From Macrostomum lignano (taxonomy: Eukaryota): a DNA stretch of 64,000 nucleotides. The stretch lies in the NCBI GenBank assembly GCA_002269645.1, contig NIVC01000886.1, positions 248,001 to 312,000 of the forward strand, read 5' to 3'. The notes below the pieces were generated by a model. It made no database searches. It saw only the letters and a program-made list of their open reading frames with translations, and was not told the origin of the DNA. Each line of letters begins with the position of its first letter. The first letter of the stretch is position 1. The position numbers and the translations under genes are program-made. Below are positions 35,118 through 47,605 of this stretch, piece after piece.

Positions 35118-37175
35118 GCTCACATTTCAGACAACTGGGAATGTATATTTTAATATCTTACCTAAGGCTATAGCTATAGGCTATATCACCTATATGACTT
35201 AATAGGATTTAAAGAGTTATTTTGTTTCATATTTTAAGGCAGTGCATAAAAAATAGCTTAAGCATGGTTAAGCCTTTAAAGAAAAATGGTTATAAGACCG
35301 CACCTAAACCGCACCTACTTTTTTAATTTCAGGGTGCGATTTTAAAATTTAGGGTGCATACGCACACTCTGCGCACAAAAAAAAACCCTGAGAGAATCTA
35401 GTGACAAACAATCTGGTGATAGTCAAATTGGCAATAGACAATCTGGTGAGAGATTTTGTAGTATAGATTGTACAGATTTTAGATGCAAACAAAACTTAAC
35501 ATGAACTATAGTTTTTAATTTCACATGTAAAGAATTCACTTTAGGACAAATAGGCAGTAGGCAGTTGTTATTTGTCTAGTGACTGGATAATGACCATGCT
35601 TTCCTATTCATCTGGTTAATACCGGACAAATAGGCATTTTGTTATTTGCCCAATTAAATTGATAATGCTAAAATATCTATTTCATAGAAACTACAAAGAT
35701 AAATATTCCTAGACTTCAAAGACTTCTTACTTGTATCTTGACTTGATTATTATGTTATGTTGTTATACTAGTGTGTGTCTTATATACCAAATTATGCCAA
35801 ATTGAATGCATTGCTTTGCCTACACTCATACATGCATAACAGTATCTAGTTGACCAATTTGGCGGCCAACCAAGTAAGTTGCAAAAATGCCCACCCAAAA
35901 AAACACCAAGTAGTAGTACTAAGTAGCTGATGAGGCATTTTTGCTTTATAAGACAGTCACAGTTACTCCTGCCATTTACCAAAAGTTGCATTAGTTTTGC
36001 TTTTGGGTTTTTTTACATGTAAGTCACATTTTTGTTAAAGCTAAGTCACATAGCCGACCAAATTTTGGAGGTTGTGCATATAGGCCTATGCTTACACTAG
36101 TATACAAGAAAATATTAATCAGTATATGACATATGAGCCAATGTGAGGATCATGTATCCGTGTACGCCAGACCAAATTTGGGCATCAAGGACTTTGTATG
36201 TCAAGTACGCCAAAAACAAAATGTTACATAAAAATATACACCAAAAATTCCTAAAAGGTAATACGGTTTTCACAAGTAGAGTTTTCTAAGAAAGGCTTTG
36301 TATAAAAAGTGTTTTTAAAATATTACAAATACAAATATTTTAAATTTACACAAACTTAAATTATACCTACAAAAACTATGATGCAAAATTCATACTCTTA
36401 GCAAAAATTTATACTAATTTTATTTATTGTTAATTTCAAAAAAAGCAAAAATTTTATCACTGACAATACAAATCTATTACTTTACATAAAAATGTTAATT
36501 TACATTACAATTTTCATGCATGGCATGAATTTATTTACCAAAATATGTACGCCAAAAAAGTATGCATGGCTGTGTTAATTGTGTACGCCAATAGTGTATA
36601 CCAACAAAGTTTGCCAGGGGTTGTTGTAGAAAAGTTAATGCCGCAATATGGTGCTAGGCAGGCATGAAGAATAACTCAAGGGCCGCTTGCACTTAGCAGG
36701 GCCGGCTTATATTTGGCTATGACTAATTGCGTAATACGAGCTAAATCAATTATTGAAGTGAGTGGTTGGCTGTACGTACTTGTACGGGGCAGTGATAGCG
36801 CTGGACCAAGTGAGTGAGGGAGAGAGAGAGGGAGGCAGATGTACACTGCCCCACATTTCTCCCTAAACAGAAAAGAAATGCAGTTTCTGCTTGAACGACA
36901 AAAGAGAAATTCGAAAAATTGCAATGCCAAAGTAAGTACGAGCGAAAAAAAGCTGTGGATAGTAAAAATGCAGCAAACACATAGTATTACAAAATGCGCG
37001 AATATTAGTCTTGGGACGCGTTGAGACAAAAAAAGATATTCGTAATGGGGACATTAAAACAAAAATATTGAACTGACTACGAATTTGCAAAGAAAAACGA
37101 TTGGCAGCGGCGACAGTTAATGATATTAGACAGTCAGTTCCTTTTAAATCACAGTTTGTAGTTAATCACTGCGTC

Positions 37176-38975
37176 TCACACTCTTCTCGGGTGTCTGCGC
37201 ATTGCGATTGACTTGCCGTCGTCTGCTTCAGTGGGACCCGCGCTGGCTGGCGGCTGGCCGGCCGCTGCTTCAGGCGGATGCAGCGGCTGTGAAACCGGCC
37301 GGATGTGCACCAGGTGATGCATGCACAACTGTCCTTGCCGTTGCAGAGTGAATGTGTCGCCTTTGATGGACTCGACCACCCAGGGTTCCAGTTCGAACGG
37401 GGTGTGCAGCTTGGACTTGTTCTGTCGTCGAAGGACTCGGTCACCCGGCCGGATGCTGTGCTGTCGAACCCACTTGGTCTTGTCGAAGCCGGCCTTCATG
37501 TTGTCGTTGTAGCGGTTGTGCCGGTTCTTGATGTCACTGGTAGACCAGCTGGCTCGCCGTGATGGTCTGACCGATGGAATGACGTCGTTAACTCTGCGAC
37601 CCATCAGAAGTTCAGCCGGTGCTTTGCCTGTGGCTCTGTGCGGCGTCACCCGGAATGCGAGGAGCCACTCATCCAGCGCCTCTTTCCAGCAGCGACCTTC
37701 AGCGATAGCGGCTCTGACAACTTTGTTCACTGAGCAATTGACACATTCGGTGGCACCGTTGGCTTCAGGATGCAGCGGGCAGATGAGGCGGTGTTTGACG
37801 CCATACGAGGTCAGGAAAGCGCGGAACTCGTGCGAGCTGAAAGGCGGCCTGTTGTCTGTGATCAGCTCCAGCGGGACCCCGTGGCGGGCGAAGAGCTGTC
37901 GTATATGAGGAATAACTGTTGCTGCTGATGTTGAGCTGACGTAGTTGATTTCAGGATATTTAGAAAACAGGTCCGTCGTGACGAGAAGCATCTGTCCTTG
38001 GATGGGCCCATAGAAGTCCATTCCTAGCAGGAGCCAGGCCCCATCCGGGATCTTTGTAGGCCTCAGCGGCGCATGGTAGGTAGCGTGGGATGTGGCCTGA
38101 CATGGCAGACAAGCTTTAACGAATGCCTCGCAGTCGGCTCAAACCCCTGGCCACCACACCTTGGTCTGCAGCCGCTGGAGTGTCCGCTCGGCGCTGAGAT
38201 GTCCAGTGTGTGCCAGTGCTAAGACCTGCCGCCGCAGCGATGAAGGCACGACGATCAAGTCACCGCGGAGTAGAACTCCGTCGCTTTCTGATAGCTCGTG
38301 CTCGATTCCTTTGAAGGTTCGCTGTGTACTGCTGTGCTGGTTCCAATGCTGCGTCTTGATGCCGGTGATGGCAGCCTGGATGTCCATGTCGCTTCCGGTA
38401 GCTGTTTTGAAGTCTTCTAGAGATAGACCGCGGGGGACAGCACTTTTGACAACTGCGTTGATGTAGGCGGCGTCCAGAGTTTCACCGATAGCACGAGACA
38501 GATCTGTTGGCATCGGCTGTCGGCTTAGAAGGTCCGACGGGTTCGATGCGCCGGGCCGGTATTCGAGCTTGAACTGAAGATGTTGGATGCGGAGCGCCAT
38601 TCGCTCAATTCTCGGCGGCGGCTGTAAACCCGGCTTAAAAAGCGGGATCAGAGGCTTGTGATCTGTGACGATGGTAAAATTCAAATTGCCAGCCAAGTAG
38701 AAGTCGAACTTAAGGCAGCCGAATTTTACGGCCAAAGCCTCGCGCTCTATTTGTGAGTAGTGCTGCTCAACTGGAGTTAGAGTTCGACTGGCATAGGCGA
38801 CGGGCCTGACGGTGCCATTTGGTTGCTTCTGGCTGAGAATTTCGCCCAGTCCGATTGGTGAAGCATCGACAACAAGTTCTGTGGACCGATTGCAATCAAA
38901 GAAGGCCAGTGTTTCTGGCTTGCTGATTGCGCTTTTCAACGCGTTGAAGGCCTCTGCATGCTGAGTCGTCCATTC
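37176..38975 (-). pseudogene. Truncated gypsy (Mag/K02A2.6-like) pol: RT connection, RNase H, integrase, one in-frame stop
   Basis: LVVDASPIGLG, YSQIEREALAV, TDHKPL, SDLLSR, H..H...C..C, MDFYGP, TDN.PPF; the two ORFs share a frame and are split by TGA at 38139-38141; no LTR seen. Confidence 0.9.
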
Positions 38976-39789
38976 CCTGAGTATGTTGATTATGTATGCC
39001 AAAGACTTAGGTGGCCATTTTGTATGCTGGAAAAGTTCCAGTGTACATGCATATTATCTGCAACCTGGTATTTGAGAAAAGGTCTTAAAAATATAGAATA
39101 TTCATCATGAAGCAAATAGATTACTTGTGTTAGCAATTTTCTCACCAGACAAATAACAACTGCCTTTCTAATAAATTGTAGGCCTTATACATGCCAACCC
39201 CACTGATTTACACTGGCCATGCAACTTACTTTTTGACCAAAAATGTGACTTACCTGCAAAAGAAACCTTAAAGCAAAATAACACAATTATGGGTAAATAG
39301 CAGGAGTAACTATAATTGTCTTGAGAGGGCTAAATGCCTTGTCATCTAGTTAGTATTATGTCTGTTTTTGGGGTAGGCATTATGCAATTTTACCTTGGTT
39401 GGCTGCCAAATCAGTTGGCCGGATTGGCCAACTTGGCCAACTGTTGCACATGTATGTTGCCAGATAATCTGTTATTAGATTGTCCTATTGCCAGATTAAT
39501 TGAATACTGACAGCATTTGTGAGACATGGCTATCGGCAGTTTTCTAAATCCTAAACCTAAAACTTAGTAAAATGCAACTAGTAGAGACCAATAAATTGTC
39601 CTAAAATTTGTGAGCTTTATATGTGATATGATATACATGCCTTTATTTAGGCTAATCAAAGTGCTATATCAAATGTAGTATTTTGTAACATATTATCAAA
39701 TATATTATATAGACTAAATTAAAACCTAGACAAACTTAGATAGGTTTTTGTTGAGCTTAGTCCACACTCTGGAATATGTATTATATGCC

Positions 39790-40620
39790 TGGAAAATTTG
39801 GGATCCTTGCAAAAGTTGCCATAGTTGGTCGCAATTGCAGTTGCCTAGATTGCTATACATGATACTAGTAAGCCAAGTTCCATGAACCAGAGCCTGTCTA
39901 TGAACACATGGTAATTCATGTGTAAGAGTTTGCAGCACAGTTTGGCCATAGTTTATTCACTAACAAAGAGGCTGCCACACTTGAGTCCTAGTCCAAACTA
40001 TGCAGTCATATGCTCCGTGGAATAAACTGCAGAATTCCACAAGTAGCCAGTCTCCAACTCAACAGGCAGTATAGCTTGATATCACACCTGCTTGAATAGC
40101 AGATGCCCCTTGTACAGGACAAGTGTTTTATCCATGGAAATGTGCTGATGTGACATAGTTGTTGTTATAAACCTGCTGCAGCTAGTGTAAGAATGGCTAG
40201 ATTTTGGCCAAGGGCCCATCCTAGACATTGTGCAGTTGTAGAAACAAAGGCAAGAAAGTAGCTACTTGAATCTATGTCTCAAGAGGGCATAGGGCATAGA
40301 CAGAAAGGATAAATAGAAAACAGGGTCTTGGATCCACTAGCTGCTGATCTCTGGCTTTTTGTCCAAGCCTATCAATAGAATAATTTCAAATAGCTTCCTT
40401 ATTTCGTTATCTGTACAATCTTTCCAGTTCTTTACCAGCTTTGGCAACTGCTCTCCATCAGTGCATTCCTTGTATATTTTCTAGGCTCTACAATTTGTCT
40501 AGGTCTTTAAGCTTGCAATAATTCCATCAGTGAGATAGACCAAGAAACTCCTTTTTGTTTCCATTAGCTGAAGCTGGAAACCTCCAATCTGGGCAAACCT
40601 CTGATATTCCCAGAAACTCG
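39790..40620 (-). pseudogene. Decayed piggyBac (PGBD-like) transposase
   Basis: Hand translation across stops and shifts: FLVYLTDGII...TN, WKDCTDNEIRKLFEIILLIGLDKKPEIS*W..DP, RHRF..LLSCLCF, ISMDKTLVLYKGHLLFKQ, YHVFID. Confidence 0.7.
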
Positions 40621-41569
40621 GCTTCATCCAACATAGCATCTCCGTTCCAGCTAGAACCAACTGCCAATCTAGTATATCACCAACTTCTTCTGTCTGCATG
40701 CCTTCTTCTTTGCCTTCTTCCCCCATAAACTTGTATTCAATTCTATCTAGCAACTCTAGCAAGTTGGTATTAGTCTATATATGTCTGTGTATTCATTATA
40801 TTCATTATAAATATATTTAAAATAAATTATACTAGTGGGAAGGAAATATAATAGAATGAGGGGCTGGAACTTGCAACTAAAAAAAGCAAGGTTGAAAAGC
40901 CAATCAGAAGGCAGCGAGGGAAATAGATACAAATAATAAGATTGAACTAGACCAAAAAAGAGAAAAGAGTAAACAGAAACAAGTGCAGATGAACTAAAGA
41001 AATGCAACAGAGAGAAACTATGGTGGGAAAGGGGGTGCTACAGCAGTAACTTAAAGGACTATCCAATAGTCTATGTCCAAATTTCAGGATAGCCATTGGC
41101 AACAAGGGTGATGCTAAGCCCTACCTATCATGTAGATGTTAAGCAAAAAGACAAGTTCCGAAAAAATAGATAGATATATTAAAGTGAAATTTTTTTTCAA
41201 CTTTTCAAGTAATGTATGCCATTTTAGTGATGGGTTTAGATATTGTATTTTGATAACAAGTTTATACTTTTTGATGCCTTACTTGAATCAATGACATCAT
41301 CATAAATTGTATATAATTATAAGATTTCTTTGAGCAAGTGCAATTTGCCTTTTAGCTAACATATTTCTTTCTTTAGCTAACATATAGCTTTTTATTTAAA
41401 AGTATTTCTCATGGTTTGTTTTGTTTTTCTTAAATTAATTTAAATTGGTAAATTTTTGACTATGTATATTACTACATTGTACTGAATATTATGTACATAT
41501 ACATGTATAGATGCTTTGTTAAAATAATGTGGTGACTAAAACTATTTATAATTGTATTTGTGCATATAT

Positions 41570-41745
41570 ATGCACAACCTCCAAAATTCGGTCGGCCATG
41601 CAACTTAGTTTTAACAAAAAATGCAACATAGTTTTTGGCCAAAAATGCAACTTACCTCTAAAAGAAACTAAAGTAAAATTAATGTAATTTTGGGTAAATG
41701 GCAGGAGTAACTATTACTGTCCTATTAAGGCTAAATGCCTTATCA
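41570..41745. repeat. Dispersed degenerate repeat, also at ~39190-39350 (same strand) and ~35930-36090 (inverted)
   Basis: Shared GGTAAAT[G/A]GCAGGAGTAACT...GCTAAATGCC block and upstream GACTTAC/CAACTTAC motif. Confidence 0.6.
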
Positions 41746-42069
41746 AAGTTTTTCAAGTATAAAGTTAGAAAATTTCCTTCAAACAATTGTATATACAAGC
41801 AGTGATATCAACTGATTTGATTAAGGCTATCAACAACTACACAAAATTTGACTCTGAAGCATCTGAACTTGTCATTAAAGTATCTTAACTTGTCACTAAA
41901 ATGTATTGTCACCAATCTAACTAGTAACTGTGCACAATCCTGATACTAATATATATTAGTAGTTTATTAGTAGTATACCAGTAGTTTAATGTAGTTTAAT
42001 TTTTTATATAATAGTAGCTAACTAGTATAGAAAGTTCCCAAATGCATTACATAAATACTTTTTTTACAA

Positions 42070-42790
42070 AAACCCATCTAGATAAAAGTTAAAAGTGTAG
42101 CATTCCTTCAATAGATGGTATAGAAACAAACTTTTCAATAGACCTATATCCTTTTAATCAGGTTGGTATTAAATAGATAGGTCTTTGTGATCCATAAAAT
42201 TCAAATGATAGTTTACAATAATATGAATCTAGGGCTAATTATAAGCTTGGTAACCTTGGTTAAAATCTGGTATTTTAATTATTTCTAGTATATAATAAGA
42301 AAAAAGAGAGTCCATCCAAATTGAAGCATATGCATAACAATCTTTATATACCTGAGTATAGACATAATATATTGATAGCCAGTTTGACATTGACATTGCA
42401 TTGCCAGTTTGATAGACATGCATGCTAGTTGCAAAGCAGCAATATTTAGCTAGCCATTTAACTATAGACCAATTGTCATATAGCTCACTAGCTAGTTCAA
42501 AAAAGGATATAATCCTAGTCTATAAGATACCTATTAGCCATTCTAAAGTCAATTGAGTCTATTGAAAAGAGCAGCTATTGAATACATATCTTAAAATTAA
42601 AATGGAATCTTTAGCTTATTCTTGCATTTACCATAAAGTAGAGTTTGACTATAAATATATCCATTTGCCACATTAACCATAAAACATCAAGTATTAAGTA
42701 TGCTTCCTTTGCCAAATGATTTAATTTACTGAGTAACAATATCATATAAAGGGAAATCATTTATCACCTATGAAATCATTCACTAACTTT
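42070..42790 (-). pseudogene. Very ancient second piggyBac-like transposase relic
   Basis: Motifs in the expected order: D..xPF...C, NGYIYSQTLLYGK, YDNW...LAK, RNATLL; many stops. Confidence 0.35.
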
Positions 42791-43489
42791 CAAATGCATA
42801 AATATATTAGAAATATAAATTGCTATAAATAGATTTTTTTCTATTTCAGTTAAGCTTAATTTAGGGTTTGGTTACTGGTAGATTATGTACAAATAGCAAG
42901 ATATTCAGCTAAAATTCTATATACTAGCATAAAATATAGCAATCAATAATGTATGAATTTTTTTGTTTCAGTACAACTTAGCCTTATCTTTAAGTGAAAT
43001 TGCCAATATTTATTAAATATTGGGCATCTTATTTAATTTTTTTTTTTATCTTATTCAAATTTTTTGAAAATCTAAGTTTTCAGTTACTATCAGAGATTGA
43101 TGCTTTAATAAACTCAACATTTAATACCACAAGTCTTATATTATAAGATTATAAATAAAATATTTGCAGTAGGGCTGTGATCTCATAGACAGTGGAAAAC
43201 ACTCATGGTTTAGGATTTGGCCCTTGTGAGTGTGAATTGCAGTTGCACAAATTCCAGATTGTTGCGACCTCGCACAGTATCAAACCAGGGGCTGTGGTGT
43301 GAGAGTCAGATGGGAAACAACAAACAAAGAAATTAAGAAATGAATAAACTACCTGTAGGTTCTAACTTTCTACAGCCACTATTTAGAGCATTTGATGTTC
43401 AAAGCAAAAGGCATCCTCCCTGAAAGTCAGCTATCTTAGTCTAAGATATCAGATCCTCTATGAGCCATGTAGGATTTCAGGCCATATTC

Positions 43490-43680
43490 TCCATGTGTTG
43501 GGGGGGGGGGTCGCCACACACCCTCAATTACCCCAGCTAATGCTGGCACCCATTTTACAGCTGGATGAACTGAAGCAATGTAGTTTTTAAGTTTTTTTGC
43601 TCAAGGACACAAATTGTTCCAGTGGGATTGGGAATCGAACCTACGACCTTCAAGTCGTGAGTCAGACGCTCTAACTACTG
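43490..43680 (-). mobile_element. tRNA-derived SINE with CORE/Meta-like central domain
   Basis: B box GGTTCGATTCC (43631-43641) in a tRNA-like head, then GTGTCCTTGAGCAA...CATCCAGCTGTAAAATGGG. Confidence 0.65.
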
Positions 43681-43714
43681 AAACAATTTCTTTCAATTCT
43701 CAATTTCAGCGGCA

Positions 43715-44207
43715 ATGCCCAAGGAAGCGCTGAATCCAGGTGACAAAATATTCGCCAAAGTCAAAGGCTATCCACACTGGCCTTGCCGCATTAATCCCTT
43801 GCCACCCGGAGTTAAAATCCCATCGGGAAAATATCCCATTTTCTTCTATGGCACTCACGAAGTTTACTTTCTGCCTCGGAAAGAGATTTTTCCATTCGAC
43901 AAATTTCGCACCAAATTTGGTTCAGCAAAACGACCAGCTCACTACAATGAGGGCCTGGTTGAGATTGTCCAACGCCCGGACACGCTGCTCTATGGCCGAG
44001 ATCCCAAGGCCGAGCCGTTTCTAGCTCAGTTCTACAAGTTCCAACGTAGCGAAGGCGAGGCTGGCAGTGCTGCGTACACTCCTGACCCGCCTGTGGTTGT
44101 ACCGCCGGGGTTCGAGCACATCAACAGCCTGATTGACGGTGTCCCGGCTGGCACAGCTGATGGCAACTTGGCGAGTCAGGCTGCCGCAGGGACTGCTCAG
44201 TTTGGTG
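43715..44207 (+). CDS. HDGFL2: HDGF-related protein exon 1: PWWP (PHWP) domain
   Basis: GDKIFAKVKGYPHWPCRI...KYPIFFYGTHE...FPF...NEGL; GTGAGG donor at 44208 (phase 1). Confidence 0.9.
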
Positions 44208-44309
44208 AGGCTTTGGTTCATCTGAATCTGTTTTTATTTGGCTTTTTAACTCCCGGCTCTGTAGTAATCATATCTATAACAATCGTTATTTCTATGAAGT
44301 GTTTCTTAT

Positions 44310-44570
44310 AAATTTCTCTAATGTTTCTTAGAAATTGCTCTTAAGTGTTTCTTAGAAATTGCTCTCAAGTGTTTCTTAGAGATTGCTCTCAAATGTTTCT
44401 TAGAAATTGCTCTTAAGTGTTTTTTAGAAATTGCTCTTAAGTCTAAGAAAATTTCTTAGAAATTGTCCTCTGATTTTTCTTAGAAATTGCCCTCTTATGT
44501 TTCTTAGAAATTATTCTCTGGTGTTTCTTAGAAATTGCCCTCTTATGTTTCTTAGAAATTGTCCTTTAAT
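44310..44570. repeat. Degenerate ~24-bp intronic repeat (TTTCTTAGAAATTGCTCT...)
   Basis: About 10 copies. Confidence 0.8.
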
Positions 44571-44884
44571 CTTTTTTGTGAATTCGTTTTTCTTCTTAAA
44601 TATTCATAGTAATCTTAAAAATTCTCTTTAAAATTTCTTTAATTTAGTTCAATTAATCTTTCATAAGAATCACCATTTAATATTTCTTATAAATCCGTGC
44701 CTAAATATGATTTTCAATTGCCTTTTTTATAATTCTTAGAAATCGTTATTTAATTATTCCAAGAAATCGCCTTACAATACAAGTAATCGACCATTCATAA
44801 GAATACACTGATTTCCAAACGGCTATGTTTGCAGTTTAATAAGATATTTATGACTCCCCCACCCCCGTCTACCCCTCTCCACAG

Positions 44885-46965
44885 TTGGCAGCAAAACAGC
44901 AGACGCATCACCTCAATCGGACAGCTCAGAAGACGCTCCGTTGCGCAGTTTAAAACTAAAAATCACTCTGCCACCGAAGCCTCAGCCAGAGACGCCGGAA
45001 CCAGCTAAAGCACCAGCTGCGGCAAGCAAGCCCAAAGAAAAACAACAGCAGCAAACTAAACGAAAGTCAGTTTCAGCAGCAACAGCATCAGAACCTAAAA
45101 AGCGACAACAGAAACTGTCGTTGAAAAGAAAACGCGACAGCAGCAGTAGCGAGCATCGCAAGCAATCAAGTTCTACAGTAAAAAAATCTGGATTGAAAAA
45201 GCAGAAAAAGCAGCACAATGAAACTGCTTCTAGTTCCGTGTCCTCGCTGTCAACCAGTGAAGATGATAACAGTAGCAGCAGTGATAGCAAGGACTCGGAT
45301 AGTCCGCAGTTCAGTCAGGCAAAACGTGCTGCAGACGCTGGCAGCGACACTGTGAAAGAACAAGCAGTCGCAACAGCATCGCCTGTTGTTACACCGCAGC
45401 AGCGAAAGCAGCCTCCTCCACAGCTGGCGTCTTCTTCTCTCACTGACAGTTCTTTGTCGCCTCCGTTGGATAAAAATCGAATCAACTCGATGGGCCGGCC
45501 GATGCGGGCCTCAGCTCAACGCTTCGATGTTAAACGCCTGTTAAAAGAAGATAAAGAGCAAGCAGATGTTAATACTACTACTGGTAGTACTAGTACTACT
45601 ACTACTACTACTAGTAACAATCCAAATATAAGTAGTAGCAGTAGTAAACGAACTGACATAGCTCCGAAACAGCTCGCTCTCAGCGATCAGGATGACGATT
45701 CTGATAGTGATGATGAAGACTTCGATTTTGAAGCTGCGAAGAAGTCGAAAGATCGACAGTTGCCTTCGGTACAACAGAAGAAGCCTTCCAAACCGGCTCA
45801 GCAGCAGCCGCCTCCGCCTCCACCTCCTCCGCCCCCGCCTCCCCAGCCAAGCCTTGAAGAGCGCAAAGAGAAGCTGAAACAAGAGAAACTTGAAGAGAAA
45901 ATCAAACAGAAAAAGTTGGAGAAGATTCGCCAATTGGAGCTGGAAGCCAAATTAAGAATGATGAATTCCGATATCAAACAGTCGCTGATACGCGGCAGAG
46001 AGGACTTTAGTCGGTGCCTGGCGGTGCTAACTGAAATGCAAAGCCTCGACATCAAACTGATGATGCTGGCCAAGTATCCGGATCTCACCATCACAGTTCG
46101 CAAATGCCGCAAATACAAGCTGTCAGAGAAAGTTCGAAATGCTGCACAGAAATTGTTTGAAAAATTTGCCAATCTGTTTCAATCGGCTCCGAAAGAAGAA
46201 GTGTTCAGAGCTGAGGTGGAATTTCTCAAGTACCGCGAGACCTGCTCGCATGCATCCGATGTGCCGCTCACGTCTATTCAGGACATGTTTACTTCCAGGC
46301 CCATTGTTAAAGTGCAGCGGCCTCAGCAGACTGCCCAGCAACAGCAGCAGAGCAAGCAACAGAACCCACAGAAATTGTCTTCTTCAGCAGCCTCCGCTGC
46401 CGCCTCATCCTCCGATCACGATCACGAGGTCACTTCCTCGACTCAGTCGAATAACTTTTACGAATCCAATGCAAAGATTTCCTCAGTAGCTGAGGAACCA
46501 ATTTCTGCTACTAGTAGCTGCAGCAGATCCTCAGCTCTGTTCGCCGCTCCTGTCGCTTCTGAGTCGCCGTCGACTCAAGCGACGTCAATGGCATCGACAA
46601 CCAGTGCCGCTGTGACGCCATCGGTCACGGTGACCGTGTCCACCCAGCCAGACACAGACTATCAGCAACTGTTCGAACTGGACTCTCTAGAGGTGTTGGA
46701 CACCTATGCGGAGGATGAACTAAACGAACCCGAGTATATGGTTATTGATAATGATTCTCTTGAGCCTACGAATAATCCAACTACCGATTCGCCAGGCAAC
46801 TTGGAGAGTCGCCTGCGCGACCTGATGGGCATCAATGTTGTCAGGCAGCCGCAGCACCAACAGCAGCCGATAAGGCACAGAGCGCAGTATCAACAGCAGC
46901 AGCAGCAGCAGCAGCATGCTCTGTCTGAGGATGACCATCGCATTCACGATTTGTTGGGCATTTGA
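44885..46965 (+). CDS. HDGFL2: HDGF-related protein exon 2: K/S-rich region and integrase-binding domain (IBD); spliced protein 857 aa
   Basis: CCACAG acceptor (phase 1) in frame; DIKQSL...CLAVL.EM...MLAKYPD..TVRKCRKYK.SEKVRNAAQKLFEKF matches the LEDGF/HRP2 IBD. HDGFL2 versus PSIP1 orthology not resolvable by eye. Confidence 0.88.
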
Positions 46966-47154
46966 GACAATTGATAGGTTGATTATTCTCTGTGCGCGTG
47001 CTTGTCTGTCTGTCTGGCTCGACTTTATATTTTCTCGGTTAATCCCAATTAATATTAAAGTGTAAAATTATTTTTATGTCTTACTACTTAGAAATTCGTT
47101 GTTTCAACTATTATTCTTCCATCAGGTTATTCTGCATTCACGGATTATTTCTTT

Positions 47155-47605
47155 TGTCTGTCTGTATGTATGTATGTCTGTATGTATGTATGTCTGTCTA
47201 TCTGTATGTCTGTATGTATGTATGTCTGTCTATCTGTATGTATGTCTGTATGTATGTATGTATGTATGTATGTCTGTATGTATGTATGTATGTATGTATG
47301 TATGTCTGTCTGTCTATCTGTATGTATGTATGTATGTGTGTATGTCTGTCTGTCTATCTGTATGTATGTATGTGTGTCTGTCTATCTGTCTGTCTGTCTA
47401 TCTGGCTGTCTGACTGTCTGTCTGTCTGTCTATCTGGCTGTCTGACTGTCTGTCTGTCTATCTGTCTGTCTGTCTATCTGGCTGTCTGACTGTCTGTCTG
47501 TCTGTCTGTATGTATGTATGTCTGTCTGTCTGTCTGTCTGTCTGTCCTGTATGTATGTATGTATGTCTGTCTGTCTGTCTGCCTGTCTGTCTGCCTGTCT
47601 GTCTC
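47155..47605. repeat. Compound tetranucleotide microsatellite (TGTC/TATG/TCTA)
   Basis: Direct reading. Confidence 0.95.

Larger units (their letters stand above)
32523..35390. mobile_element. Non-autonomous hAT-type element
   Basis: 8-bp TSD AGAGAATC (32515-32522 and 35391-35398); termini CTGGGTTTTTTTT / AAAAAAAACCCTG; GGTGCG subterminal repeats at both ends. Confidence 0.8.

Noticed and set aside
47076-47489. Cys/Val/Met-rich ORFs
   Set aside because: Tetranucleotide microsatellite translation.
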